63,284 nt of DNA from Patescibacteria group bacterium (GTDB taxonomy: Bacteria; Patescibacteriota; Patescibacteriia; S139-126; S139-133), in NCBI GenBank assembly GCA_049604715.1, contig JBMYTV010000006.1, forward strand, positions 1 through 63,284, given 5' to 3'. How positions within the stretch are numbered: the first letter of the stretch is position 1; each line of letters begins with the position of its first letter. The notes under the pieces are model-generated. The model was given only the letters and a program-made list of their open reading frames with translations. It did no database searches and was not told where the DNA came from. Both the position numbers and the translations under genes were made by a program. Shown here in pieces: positions 51,908-60,987 of this stretch.

Positions 51908-53272
51908 CTAGTATTGCAGAACAACCTGTGGTTCTTCAGCTTCGGATTCTTCATGTGTTATTATTTTCTCTATATTTAGCGTACCGTATTTCGCAGCTTC
52001 AAAATATCCATGCATCGCAGCCTCTGCAAACCAACCGCTCTTGAGCCAATCAAACAACCATTCATCAGTATAACGTGGCGTTTCCTGGTTTATTGCAGCG
52101 CCTATTGTCAAAAGCCAACGTCGGTTAAAGAACTCCTGGGATCCAATAGGTGGGGCCATAATAATAGGCAAACCAAGTCCAACATAAAAAGACAATTCAC
52201 TTGGTTTTGTCCACAAAATATCTGTATGCCTGATAACTTCGTTAAACTTTTTGAAATAAGTATACTTGTCTTCTGCGTAAACAATTTCAATACTGTTCCC
52301 AAGTTCCTTGTGTAACCCAAATCGCTCAAGCTCTGTATGAAAGTACTGTGCTATGTGCTTGTGGGTACCTGCAATAAGATTTATTTTTACTTGATTAAGC
52401 AGCAACTTTCCACGAAGCGCCTTTACAATAACCATACCTATTTCACGCTGTGCTCCAGCTCCGCCTACCGCAAATGTCAATGTAATCCGCCCACCCGTTG
52501 GGATTGTATGCAAATCAACTTCAAGCTCTTTTTCAAGCATGTCTTTGTACTTGATACAGTACTTACATTCTGGATCAAGGCGACGGAGCCTATGTGCGAG
52601 ATCATTTTTTAGTATCTCAGAATCTTTGTGTCCAATATTTTCAAGTGGTAACGGAAATCCAGTGTAGTAAATATTCTCTTTTGGCACGCCATACTGCTTT
52701 AAACGTTCTACTACACGTTTTGACGGTGCGAGATACTTTATACGACTCTTTTTTGGATCATACGCAGCCCATGCACGCGATACATCAGCATCACACACTA
52801 TCAAATAAATATCTTCAGAGTAGTTAAAGTGATCTGCCATATAAGCAGGAATAAAAAAACTAGTGACAAGCGGCTTTGGATCTTTTTCAAGCATATCAAT
52901 CAAATGCTTGCCCCACTGTCTTTTTTTAATCATGTTCATAGTACTCCACAGCTGCATTGTAGGCCGAGAAAGATCCCTACGCGGATAAAAATCCTGAATT
53001 TTTTGAAACTGATCAAAAAGCCTCCATGCTGGTTCACCAACTATAGGTAATTTCTTAAACCGTGACATAAACTCATAAAACTTTCTTGATGAAAGCCATA
53101 TGTCCTGGTCCTGCTTAGGGATACCTTCGTAATTATTCGCATGAATAATAGTACTATCCATTGCTAAATGCTGCAGTGGATATGCAGCGCGTTGGTGGCC
53201 GTATCCCATATCAACAGACACCACATAGACCTTTGGAGTGCTTGTGGATTCTTTTTTTTGCTTCCTTGGCAT
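51908..53272 (-). CDS. glycosyltransferase-like protein (GT-B, MGDG-synthase/UgtP-like N-terminal motif)
   Basis: VVSVDMGYGHQRAA resembles the G-x-GH motif of MGDG-synthase-type GT28 enzymes. Weak, by eye. Confidence 0.4.
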   Translation of the reverse strand: MPRKQKKESTSTPKVYVVSVDMGYGHQRAAYPLQHLAMDSTIIHANNYEGIPKQDQDIWLSSRKFYEFMSRFKKLPIVGEPAWRLFDQFQKIQDFYPRRDLSRPTMQLWSTMNMIKKRQWGKHLIDMLEKDPKPLVTSFFIPAYMADHFNYSEDIYLIVCDADVSRAWAAYDPKKSRIKYLAPSKRVVERLKQYGVPKENIYYTGFPLPLENIGHKDSEILKNDLAHRLRRLDPECKYCIKYKDMLEKELEVDLHTIPTGGRITLTFAVGGAGAQREIGMVIVKALRGKLLLNQVKINLIAGTHKHIAQYFHTELERFGLHKELGNSIEIVYAEDKYTYFKKFNEVIRHTDILWTKPSELSFYVGLGLPIIMAPPIGSQEFFNRRWLLTIGAAINQETPRYTDEWLFDWLKSGWFAEAAMHGYFEAAKYGTLNIEKIITHEESEAEEPQVVLQY

Positions 53273-53336
53273 GCAAAGATACGTTATTTACTATATATGC
53301 GTATTATAACGTACCAATGGCTATCAAACAATCCAC

Positions 53337-54575
53337 TTAAATCTCACCCCGACGTACATCAACTGTTTTACGAAATCCTATACGATCATGTGCTTGTTTC
53401 TCCAGGCCATACATAATCCCAGGATACACCACATACTCACCATATTGATCATTAATAGCATCAAGTGCCTTGTTGAGTTTATATGATTTAATATCATTTC
53501 GTATAAACGACAACTGCGGTACAAACGGCCTCAAACCACCAACACTCACTGCAATCATAGAAACCGTATCCTCAAATGTCGCATCTGCAATTACCTTTTT
53601 ACCCTCTTCCCATATATCACGTGTAGTAAACAATGGGTAACTAACGGTCCTGCGTTTCCACAAACCGCCGCCGTGTGTATAACGAAAACCACTATGAATG
53701 GTCGTTGCAATACGTTCTTTCCTGCGCAAACGCCTACCAGCACGCTCACATAGTTTATACAACACTTCTTGTAAATATTCTTTATCTTTACCACGTTTTG
53801 GCACGCAGTACGAATGACCTATACTTTTTGGCTCATGCTGCTCCTCCCGTGTCCATCCTGGTATTTCTATACCATTAACATGCGCCCACATGTAGTAGCC
53901 GTATTTACCAAACGCAGTAAGCAGTGTTTGTGGATTTGAACTTTGGAGCTGACCAAGTGTATGAATACCAAGTGTGCGTATACGTTTTTCCATACGTGGA
54001 CCTATACCACACGCATGCTGCAAGGGTCTGTCTTGAAACAATTTCTTAATATCATCTGGCGCAACAACAAATAAACCATCAGGTTTATACTCTTCAGATG
54101 CAAATTTAGATAACCACTGTGTGTATGAGATACCAACTGAGCACTTAAGCCAATCTCCAATTTCTTCTCTGATTCGCTTTTTAATTGTTTTACCAAGCTC
54201 AGCTGCAGTGCCAAAATCTTTTTGCCAACCAGTCAAGTCTAAAAACGCCTCATCAATAGAATACGGCGATACATAATCGGTGTATTCTGCGAACAATGAA
54301 AAAAGTTTATCTGAAATAGTACGGTATTTAGCTGGTTCATTCTCAACCAAAATAATATCTGGGCATAACTTGCGAGCGTCTTGCACACGCATAGCTGTTT
54401 TAACTCCACGCTGCTTTGCTTCTATAGATGCTGCGATAATACAACCACGCTCTGACAAATATGCACACACCCCTACTGGTTTACCACGAAGCAATGGATT
54501 TGCTTGCTGCTCAACAGTGGCAAAGTAGGAGTTCATATCAATATGCATAATAATGCGGTTTGTAGATTTGTTCAT
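53337..54575 (-). CDS. dinB: DNA polymerase IV (Y-family)
   Basis: IMHIDMNSYFATVEQQANPLLRGKPVGV..., SIDEAFLDL, and little-finger region. Confidence 0.9.
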   Translation of the reverse strand: MNKSTNRIIMHIDMNSYFATVEQQANPLLRGKPVGVCAYLSERGCIIAASIEAKQRGVKTAMRVQDARKLCPDIILVENEPAKYRTISDKLFSLFAEYTDYVSPYSIDEAFLDLTGWQKDFGTAAELGKTIKKRIREEIGDWLKCSVGISYTQWLSKFASEEYKPDGLFVVAPDDIKKLFQDRPLQHACGIGPRMEKRIRTLGIHTLGQLQSSNPQTLLTAFGKYGYYMWAHVNGIEIPGWTREEQHEPKSIGHSYCVPKRGKDKEYLQEVLYKLCERAGRRLRRKERIATTIHSGFRYTHGGGLWKRRTVSYPLFTTRDIWEEGKKVIADATFEDTVSMIAVSVGGLRPFVPQLSFIRNDIKSYKLNKALDAINDQYGEYVVYPGIMYGLEKQAHDRIGFRKTVDVRRGEI

Positions 54576-54618
54576 AAAAAAATGCGCAGCTTTCGCTGCG
54601 CTTCAACTATTAGGTGTT

Positions 54619-54864
54619 TTAATCAGTGTACATATCTTCAAGTGTCCACTGCAGCGTATTGGTTGAAAATAGTAATCGAAAAAAATTAATCCCATCAGTA
54701 ACCGAGAAAAAATAGTTCATATCCCGCCCCTTTCGCTCTTTGTGAATAAGCGTCACTTTTAGCACTATATACTCACGACCTCGCCACAAAAAACGTCTTG
54801 GCTTTACTGTGTTATCAGAAAAACTCACAATAACATTAATTGGTTCCTGTACATGCTCAAGCAT
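54619..54864 (-). CDS. small conserved-looking protein upstream of dinB, unknown function
   Basis: 81-aa ORF ending 43 nt upstream of the dinB start on the same strand. Contains the motif KPRRFLWRGREYIV. Confidence 0.45.
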   Translation of the reverse strand: MLEHVQEPINVIVSFSDNTVKPRRFLWRGREYIVLKVTLIHKERKGRDMNYFFSVTDGINFFRLLFSTNTLQWTLEDMYTD

Positions 54865-55041
54865 AGCTATAGAATGTGAAGAACATACTTACTAGATAGT
54901 CGACCAACACGTTTAAATGATCTTACACGACGAAATGTAAGTGCATAAAAACTTTTGTGTGGAAACGCGTATTGGTTTTTTGGTTTTGTTACTTTGAGAT
55001 ATGGCATAGGTTTTGTATTAATAATTTTCCACAAAAAAATA

Positions 55042-55161
55042 TTGACGAAATTTTAATGATTCCTATAATGACAGTACACCACAAAACGTGACTAAAGGGT
55101 CACCGTGAGTGTCAAAACGTCCGTCTAAGTTTTTCACGAAGCCTAACGGGCGTTTTGTTTT
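55042..55161 (+). ncRNA. candidate ~85-nt small RNA (promoter + two hairpins + terminator)
   Basis: TTGACG (55042-55047), 16-nt spacer, TATAAT (55064-55069). Hairpin gtgac-taaagg-gtcac. Terminator stem aacguccgu/acgggcguu (55116-55154, one G-U wobble) followed by a U-run. The hairpin may equally serve as the terminator of the convergent Nudix gene. Confidence 0.3.
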
Positions 55162-55171
55162 GTACTCACAC

Positions 55172-55621
55172 TTATATCCAACCGTGTTCGCTGTAAAAAT
55201 GTTTTGTATGAATCTTTTCCAATGCTTGCCTTATATATGGAATTGTATTGTCAGGTAGCTCCTTGATATGAAACCATGAGACATCATCACACTTGTGTGG
55301 TTCTTTGTTTATAGGTTCGCCGCTCCATGTCGTTGCTATAAAAAATACATCAACTCGCTCACTGTACTCGTCTTTACCTGAATTACGGTGCATAACATGT
55401 ACTACCTGTAGGTGATCTGGATGAACAATAACACCCGCCTCTTCCTTTGCTTCTCGTATCACACAATCTGTAAAGTTCTCCCCAGATTCTACATGACCTG
55501 CCACTAGTGAATAATTACCATCTTCATATCCTGTGTTGTGTCTACGAAGTAATAATACCTGGTCATCTTGAAAAAGAACGAGATATGATGCTGGTACATT
55601 TTGGTGTCGTTGCTTATTCAT
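55172..55621 (-). CDS. Nudix hydrolase
   Basis: Nudix box GHVESGENFTDCVIREAKEEAGV. Confidence 0.85.
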   Translation of the reverse strand: MNKQRHQNVPASYLVLFQDDQVLLLRRHNTGYEDGNYSLVAGHVESGENFTDCVIREAKEEAGVIVHPDHLQVVHVMHRNSGKDEYSERVDVFFIATTWSGEPINKEPHKCDDVSWFHIKELPDNTIPYIRQALEKIHTKHFYSEHGWI

Positions 55622-55633
55622 ATCAATACTATG

Positions 55634-56254
55634 TTAAACCATTTGATAATTTCGGATGACACCTCGTACGATTCCTTGAATTGAAAGGTCAGTCACATAA
55701 ATAGGTTTGTACTTACCATTTGCAGGCTGTAATCTAATACGCTTTGCTTCTCGATAAAATCTTTTTAGTGTTGCGTAGGCATTATCAAGTAGCGCAACCA
55801 CAATATCGCCGTTGTCAGGATAAAAATTGCGCTCAACTACCACATAGTCGCCAGATAAAATCCCATCATCTTTCATTGAGTCTCCTTTGACGCGTAAGAC
55901 GAATGTATTTTCTTGGCTAAAAACTAGATTAGACGGAATTGCAATAGTCTCATTGTCCTCAATAGCCTCAATGGGCTCACCAGCTGTAATCAATCCAACC
56001 AATGGGAGGTTAAATGCTTGCGCAGTATCAAGCTCGTTTTGACCAACAAGCTCCAAGCCACGCTTGGCATGATCATCAGCAGACAAATATCCCTTGGTTT
56101 TTAATGCTTCCACATGCTGATGAATTGTCGCTGGACTTGAGAGTCCAAACGCGCTTGCAATCTCAACATAACTTGGCGCATAATCATGCTCTACAATGAA
56201 ATCCTCAATAAACCCCAATATTTCTTTTTGTCGTTTTGTGAGTTTATGACTCAT
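55634..56254 (-). CDS. lexA: LexA repressor (S24 peptidase)
   Basis: N-terminal winged HTH (LTKRQKEILGFIEDFI...PSYVEIASAF). Cleavage/catalytic region VKGDSMKDDGI...TLKRF. Confidence 0.9.
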   Translation of the reverse strand: MSHKLTKRQKEILGFIEDFIVEHDYAPSYVEIASAFGLSSPATIHQHVEALKTKGYLSADDHAKRGLELVGQNELDTAQAFNLPLVGLITAGEPIEAIEDNETIAIPSNLVFSQENTFVLRVKGDSMKDDGILSGDYVVVERNFYPDNGDIVVALLDNAYATLKRFYREAKRIRLQPANGKYKPIYVTDLSIQGIVRGVIRNYQMV

Positions 56255-56284
56255 ACTTTTCCACAGTAGTATTTAGATATATAC

Positions 56285-56312
56285 ATTATACCGAAAATAA
56301 ACCGAAAGTCAA
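56285..56312 (-). promoter_or_regulatory. sigma-70-type promoter of lexA
   Basis: Minus strand: TTGACT (56307-56312), 16-nt spacer, TATAAT (56285-56290). Confidence 0.55.
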
Positions 56313-56318
56313 TTGTGT

Positions 56319-56346
56319 AAAAAATCCGCACACATTTGGTGCGGAG
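56319..56346 (-). terminator. rho-independent terminator of the 133-aa gene
   Basis: Minus strand: uccgcac-caaaug-gugcgga followed by uuuuuu. Confidence 0.7.
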
Positions 56347-56353
56347 TTAATAG

Positions 56354-56755
56354 CTAATCTATTTTTTTAATATCACAAAGTTTTACATCAGGAGATTGGT
56401 GTCCATCATCCCAAATAACAAAAGCACGAAATCGATCACCTGCATACTCACGCCTCTCATTGTTTGACCGCGGTCTTACATAGATGAGCTTGCCGGTAAC
56501 CGCTTGATTCATTGCATGACACACATGTGTACCTGGGGGATATGCACACGTAACTCTCCGACTTGCCTCAAACAAACGTTTGCGATTTGCTGGCATACGA
56601 CCAGCATTTATAAACTTACAGAACCAACCACCAATATGCAGTCGATACTTTTTGCCTTTTGGCAACTTCACTCCCTGTGAGAGCAAATACTTAATATCAA
56701 CTCGCTCTGGAAATTCTCCTTCTCTATCTGATGACTTCTTTATATTTTTCTTCAC
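56354..56755 (-). CDS. basic hypothetical protein
   Basis: 133-aa ORF, Lys/Arg-rich with several Cys/His. No motif recognised. Confidence 0.45.
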   Translation of the reverse strand: MKKNIKKSSDREGEFPERVDIKYLLSQGVKLPKGKKYRLHIGGWFCKFINAGRMPANRKRLFEASRRVTCAYPPGTHVCHAMNQAVTGKLIYVRPRSNNERREYAGDRFRAFVIWDDGHQSPDVKLCDIKKID

Positions 56756-56917
56756 AACCAGCCCCCTTTATGCATGGTAAGTGAATGTAGTATTTGGAGT
56801 GGATTAAATGTTTTTAAAAAGCAAAAACAACGCTGTAATCTTTACACTATTTACTAAAAATTTGCAATACGTTATAAAAAAGGTAACCTAGAACATTTTA
56901 CAAAAGGACCAATTGCC

Positions 56918-57106
56918 ATGAAAACAATACTACGCACTATCGTCAAGCATCTTTATGCTGGGTGGCCGTTTCTTTATCCTGGCATGGCAATAGTACTCAT
57001 TGCATCATTCTACGCTGGGAATATGGTTTTCTTTGCCATTGAGCTGATCATTTGCGCTGCAAGCATTGCGATTGTGTATATATTCCCAGAAGAGATGAGC
57101 CCGTAA
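56918..57106 (+). CDS. small two-helix membrane protein
   Basis: 62 aa with two hydrophobic helices, followed by a terminator. Confidence 0.4.
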   Translation: MKTILRTIVKHLYAGWPFLYPGMAIVLIASFYAGNMVFFAIELIICAASIAIVYIFPEEMSP

Positions 57107-57110
57107 CAAC

Positions 57111-57136
57111 AAATCATCGCCAATGGCGATGATTTT
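57111..57136. terminator. bidirectional hairpin terminator
   Basis: aaatcatcgc-caat-gcgatgatttt. Confidence 0.65.
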
Positions 57137-57494
57137 ACTTTTGTATAGTATGTAGTGCGTCAAATGGTAGCAGTGCGCACTTAAGCCTAGCTGGACTCAC
57201 CTCTATATCAAGTTCTGTGACTATATTATCAGTAGACAATGCCCTTACCTTATCAAGTGTCATGCCGATAATTTTTTCACTAATAATTGATGACGCTGCC
57301 TGCGACAAAGAGCATCCCTCACCTTCCCAACCTACGTCTATAATCTTGTCATCAGCCACCTCCAAATACATAGTAAGCGTATCACCGCATGATGGATTTT
57401 CTGCAACTAAAGTATGTGTAGGATTTTCTAGTGTACCTTTATTTTGTGGGTTCTTGGTATGACGAAAAACTTTTTGTGAATATAGTTTGCTCAT
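57135..57494 (-). CDS. sufU: SufU/IscU-type Fe-S cluster scaffold
   Basis: NPSCGDTLTMYLEV and GEGCSLSQAS motifs. Confidence 0.85.
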   Translation of the reverse strand: MSKLYSQKVFRHTKNPQNKGTLENPTHTLVAENPSCGDTLTMYLEVADDKIIDVGWEGEGCSLSQAASSIISEKIIGMTLDKVRALSTDNIVTELDIEVSPARLKCALLPFDALHTIQK

Positions 57495-57537
57495 ATATTT
57501 TTCCGGATCACCTGATCAAGTCAGGGGATGACTTTGT

Positions 57538-58779
57538 TTAAATATTCTTCCTCCAATATTCTATCGCTTGCTTTAGTGCGAATATAAAATAATCAATATC
57601 TTCTTTGGTTGTATAAACCCCCACGCTTGCCCGAGCGCTAGCAATCACACCAAGACATGCATGTAGTGGCTGAGCGCAGTGATGACCCGTCCTGATTGCC
57701 ACTCCCTTTTCATTAAGAAGAGTTGCGATGTCGTGTGCATGCATATTCTCAATAGTAAATGATACTATTCCGCTACGTTGTTCTGGCTTTGGTCCCAAAA
57801 TGGCAATTTCATTGATTTCACTAAGTTTGTCATATAAATAATCAACCAGCAGTGTGTCATGGTGCAAAATCTTTTTCATACCAATACCAGAGAGATAATC
57901 AAGTGTCTCGCCAAATGCAAAAACTTGCGCAAGCGGCATAGTTCCTGCCTCAAGTAGCCATGGCATTGGCTTGTAATCGATTTGCTCTTTGGTAACCTTG
58001 CGGATCATATCACCACCACCCTCAAATGGCTTAAGCTCTGCGAATCGATCCGGATGTACATATAAAACACCTAGGCCAGTAGGGCCATACATTTTGTGGC
58101 TTGAAAAAGCTAGAAAATCAACTTGCAGCTCTTCAACATCAACCGGCATATGCCCCACGCTCTGTGCTGCATCAACTACGACGACCACGCCTCGCTTATG
58201 CGCTTCCCCTATAATATCCTGAATAGGATTAACTGTTCCTAAAACATTTGACACATGCACTAAAGAAAGTAATTTTACACCTTTGAATAACTCATCATAC
58301 GACACATCTTCAAGTAAGCCCTCATCAGTAATTGGCCAATACTTTACTTTGATGTTTTTTTCCTCTGCAAGCATATGCCACGGCACCACGTTTGCGTGAT
58401 GCTCCATTTCAGTAAGTAACAAGGTATCACCTTCTTGCAAATTGTGCGCGGCCCAACTGCGAACAATAGCATTGATACTACTAGTGGTTCCGCGGGTAAA
58501 GACTATACTCTTTGGATTGGTCGCATGCAGAAACTGTGCTGTTTTACCACGAACTCCCTCAAAAAAGTCAGTTGCTCGCTCAGACAAATCATAAGCACCA
58601 CGGTGGACATTGGCATTAAATGACTCATACCATTTTGTTTCAGCGTCAATAACATTTTGCGGTTTCTGCGTTGTAGCAGCAGAATCCAAATACACAAAAT
58701 CGCCCTTAGCCTCTTTCTGAACTAACAGTGGAAATTGCTTTAAAATTGTGTTTTCTTCTGACATATGCTGATTATACAC
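57538..58779 (-). CDS. sufS: cysteine desulfurase SufS (class V aminotransferase)
   Basis: FSSHKMYGPTGLGVLY (PLP lysine) and RTGHHCAQP (active-site Cys loop). Confidence 0.9.
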   Translation of the reverse strand: MYNQHMSEENTILKQFPLLVQKEAKGDFVYLDSAATTQKPQNVIDAETKWYESFNANVHRGAYDLSERATDFFEGVRGKTAQFLHATNPKSIVFTRGTTSSINAIVRSWAAHNLQEGDTLLLTEMEHHANVVPWHMLAEEKNIKVKYWPITDEGLLEDVSYDELFKGVKLLSLVHVSNVLGTVNPIQDIIGEAHKRGVVVVVDAAQSVGHMPVDVEELQVDFLAFSSHKMYGPTGLGVLYVHPDRFAELKPFEGGGDMIRKVTKEQIDYKPMPWLLEAGTMPLAQVFAFGETLDYLSGIGMKKILHHDTLLVDYLYDKLSEINEIAILGPKPEQRSGIVSFTIENMHAHDIATLLNEKGVAIRTGHHCAQPLHACLGVIASARASVGVYTTKEDIDYFIFALKQAIEYWRKNI

Positions 58780-58820
58780 AAAATACTCTCTTCCCTCATT
58801 TTACATGATACATATAGTAG

Positions 58821-59561
58821 CTACAATGACGACCACATAATCTCGAACATTTCTTTGTGTGTCTTCACCACGCTGCTATTTTCAACAACAATAGCAGACA
58901 TTGGTGGTAACAAATTGTGTATCACTACTTTACGTGGCAACACAACAACGTTTGTAGATAACTCTACGGAAGAAGGTAGAAGTTTTATCTCCTGGTTGTG
59001 ATTTTTTTCAAACTTTTTATAATGCCGCGCAATCTCTGAATCTTGTAAGATAATACGTATATTTATTGAGAGCTTTGACCGTCTTTCAATAAACTTTGAA
59101 AAAAACTTAGGATCAAGATCGTGCCACTTAGTACTGTCACCAAAGACAAGGTAATCCTCTTTGGGTCTTATGCTTGTTAGCAAACTATCATACACGTGTT
59201 TTATTTGCTCCTTACCTTCATACTGCTTTACTCGGCCTTGCTCACCCTGTGTATTATACATAGACAACAAATCGGGCAATGACTGGGTCAATGTCTGTTT
59301 TTTAATGTCTAACATAAGCTCTAGTCTCTCAGGTGATTCAGCCACAAAAACACGCTTAAGCCCTTTGATTTCGATTCGTACTAAACCTTTTTCTTTAAGA
59401 CTCTCAAGCGCTAAATACACAGTTGTTCGCTTAACCTGTGACTGTTTTGACAGCTCAAGAGCTGTTGTGGGCCCCAATGAGAGCATTGCAACATAAACTC
59501 TAGCCTCATTCTCAGTAAGCCCCAAATCCTGTAATAAACTGTTGATTGATGATGTGTTCAT
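58821..59561 (-). CDS. TrmB-family transcriptional regulator
   Basis: LGLTENEARVYVAMLSLGPTTALELSKQSQVKRTTVYLALESLKEKGLV (winged HTH) plus the TrmB C-terminal domain. Confidence 0.75.
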   Translation of the reverse strand: MNTSSINSLLQDLGLTENEARVYVAMLSLGPTTALELSKQSQVKRTTVYLALESLKEKGLVRIEIKGLKRVFVAESPERLELMLDIKKQTLTQSLPDLLSMYNTQGEQGRVKQYEGKEQIKHVYDSLLTSIRPKEDYLVFGDSTKWHDLDPKFFSKFIERRSKLSINIRIILQDSEIARHYKKFEKNHNQEIKLLPSSVELSTNVVVLPRKVVIHNLLPPMSAIVVENSSVVKTHKEMFEIMWSSL

Positions 59562-59630
59562 AATTTTGTCAATTATTCTGACAACTTATAATACCTTAGA
59601 ACAAAGTGAAAAATAAGTCAAAATAGTATT

Positions 59631-60362
59631 TTGGTGACAAAAATGACAAAATACTATGCATTGCTAAGCTATATACCACGCACATTTACAAAGGAGAAAG
59701 CTATGAAAAAATTTATTAACGCAGTTGGCACTATCGCAATACTCATTGGTTTGTTATGCATCACAGTACCACTTATCAAAAAAGTTCCAGACGTCAACCA
59801 CCCTGATCTCTATATAAGTGCTTTTTCTGCAGTTGTTGCTATTATTAGTAGTATTTACATTATTGTTGTTATTCTCTCCTCTGGAGACATAGGATTTTTT
59901 ACTAAATCAATTCCAAAAAACTATGTACTGCTAAAAAAAGGAGTCCCCGTAAAAATTCTCAAAAAACGCACAACATTTTGGCGAAGTGAACTAAAAGGAT
60001 TTACCTACGAATACATACCAGACGAAATCCATCTACGCTACGGCCCTATAGCGTACCAAGGACACAGGATAAAGAGCAAAATTGACAAAATCTCTTACAG
60101 GATCGTATTTTATATTCCCCCCAACCTTGTAAATCTTAAAAAGTATTACCGAGCTGGTGGCGGTAGAGAGGTAACAAAAAAACTACACAAGCGAAATGTA
60201 TCTATCCTCAATAAGCAACCACAGCTACTCATACCCTTTATTAACACAATTGTTTTTGGATATGATCAAAAATCATTTAAAGAGCTAATGGAAAAGGTGT
60301 TTGATCAGGAGTGTTATAGATACGGATGTAAAATCAAATCAACCAAGTATTCGATTAGGTAA
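59631..60362 (+). CDS. membrane protein, unknown function (start probably MKKFINAVG at 59703)
   Basis: Two TM helices, then a basic soluble domain. A hairpin terminator at 60373-60397 follows. Confidence 0.45.
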   Translation: MVTKMTKYYALLSYIPRTFTKEKAMKKFINAVGTIAILIGLLCITVPLIKKVPDVNHPDLYISAFSAVVAIISSIYIIVVILSSGDIGFFTKSIPKNYVLLKKGVPVKILKKRTTFWRSELKGFTYEYIPDEIHLRYGPIAYQGHRIKSKIDKISYRIVFYIPPNLVNLKKYYRAGGGREVTKKLHKRNVSILNKQPQLLIPFINTIVFGYDQKSFKELMEKVFDQECYRYGCKIKSTKYSIR

Positions 60363-60419
60363 CGCCAACACAAAAGACAGACTAAAAGTCTGTCTTTGAA
60401 TTATTATATGCAATCTACT

Positions 60420-60980
60420 CTACATCGCTTCTAGACGCTTGCATGCGTCATCATAAAAAGGCTTTGCAAATTTTTTACCTTCACTTGAAGTAATGCGGTT
60501 ATACATAAAGTCAAACTTTCCTTGCACAGCTTCCTTGCCAAACATTTCAACATGTTTACTCAAAAAAGTATCAATATTGTTTTCCAAAAAACTAATACTG
60601 TCAGCATCTTTGAGTAAATTCTGATCATCATCTCCACCAACTTCATGCCGCGAAATTAAATGGACCACACGGTCTATAAAGCCTTTTTCTACATTCTCTT
60701 TTTCTAAAAAATCTTTTACAATCTCTGCACTTGCTTCTGAATGATTTTTTAAATAATCAGGATCTTGATAATGAGTTTTCTTTGTGGTCTCAGGATCAAT
60801 CGGGACTATCTTTTGTGATCTCTCAATATCATGCGCAAGCGCTGCTACGCAAAATGCCTCATCAGTATCAGGCTTTAGCTCTTTTGCCCAATAAACAGTA
60901 CGATAAAAATGATCAAGTGACCTTTTACCGCCGTAGGATTCTTTTACAAACTCTTCTACTTTAGGATATATTTTTAGCAT
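60420..60980 (-). CDS. HD-domain phosphohydrolase (start revised to MLKIYPK)
   Basis: ALAHDIER (HD motif) and ...SRHE. Confidence 0.7.
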   Translation of the reverse strand: MLKIYPKVEEFVKESYGGKRSLDHFYRTVYWAKELKPDTDEAFCVAALAHDIERSQKIVPIDPETTKKTHYQDPDYLKNHSEASAEIVKDFLEKENVEKGFIDRVVHLISRHEVGGDDDQNLLKDADSISFLENNIDTFLSKHVEMFGKEAVQGKFDFMYNRITSSEGKKFAKPFYDDACKRLEAM

Positions 60981-60987
60981 ATACACT

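Noticed and set aside
54865-54910. Canonical LexA operator upstream of the small-ORF/dinB unit (and at 56255-56284 upstream of lexA)
   Set aside because: Only one GTTC half-site with a degenerate partner (GTAAGTATGTTC) was found. There is no shared palindrome between the two promoters that I could see, so no operator feature is claimed.
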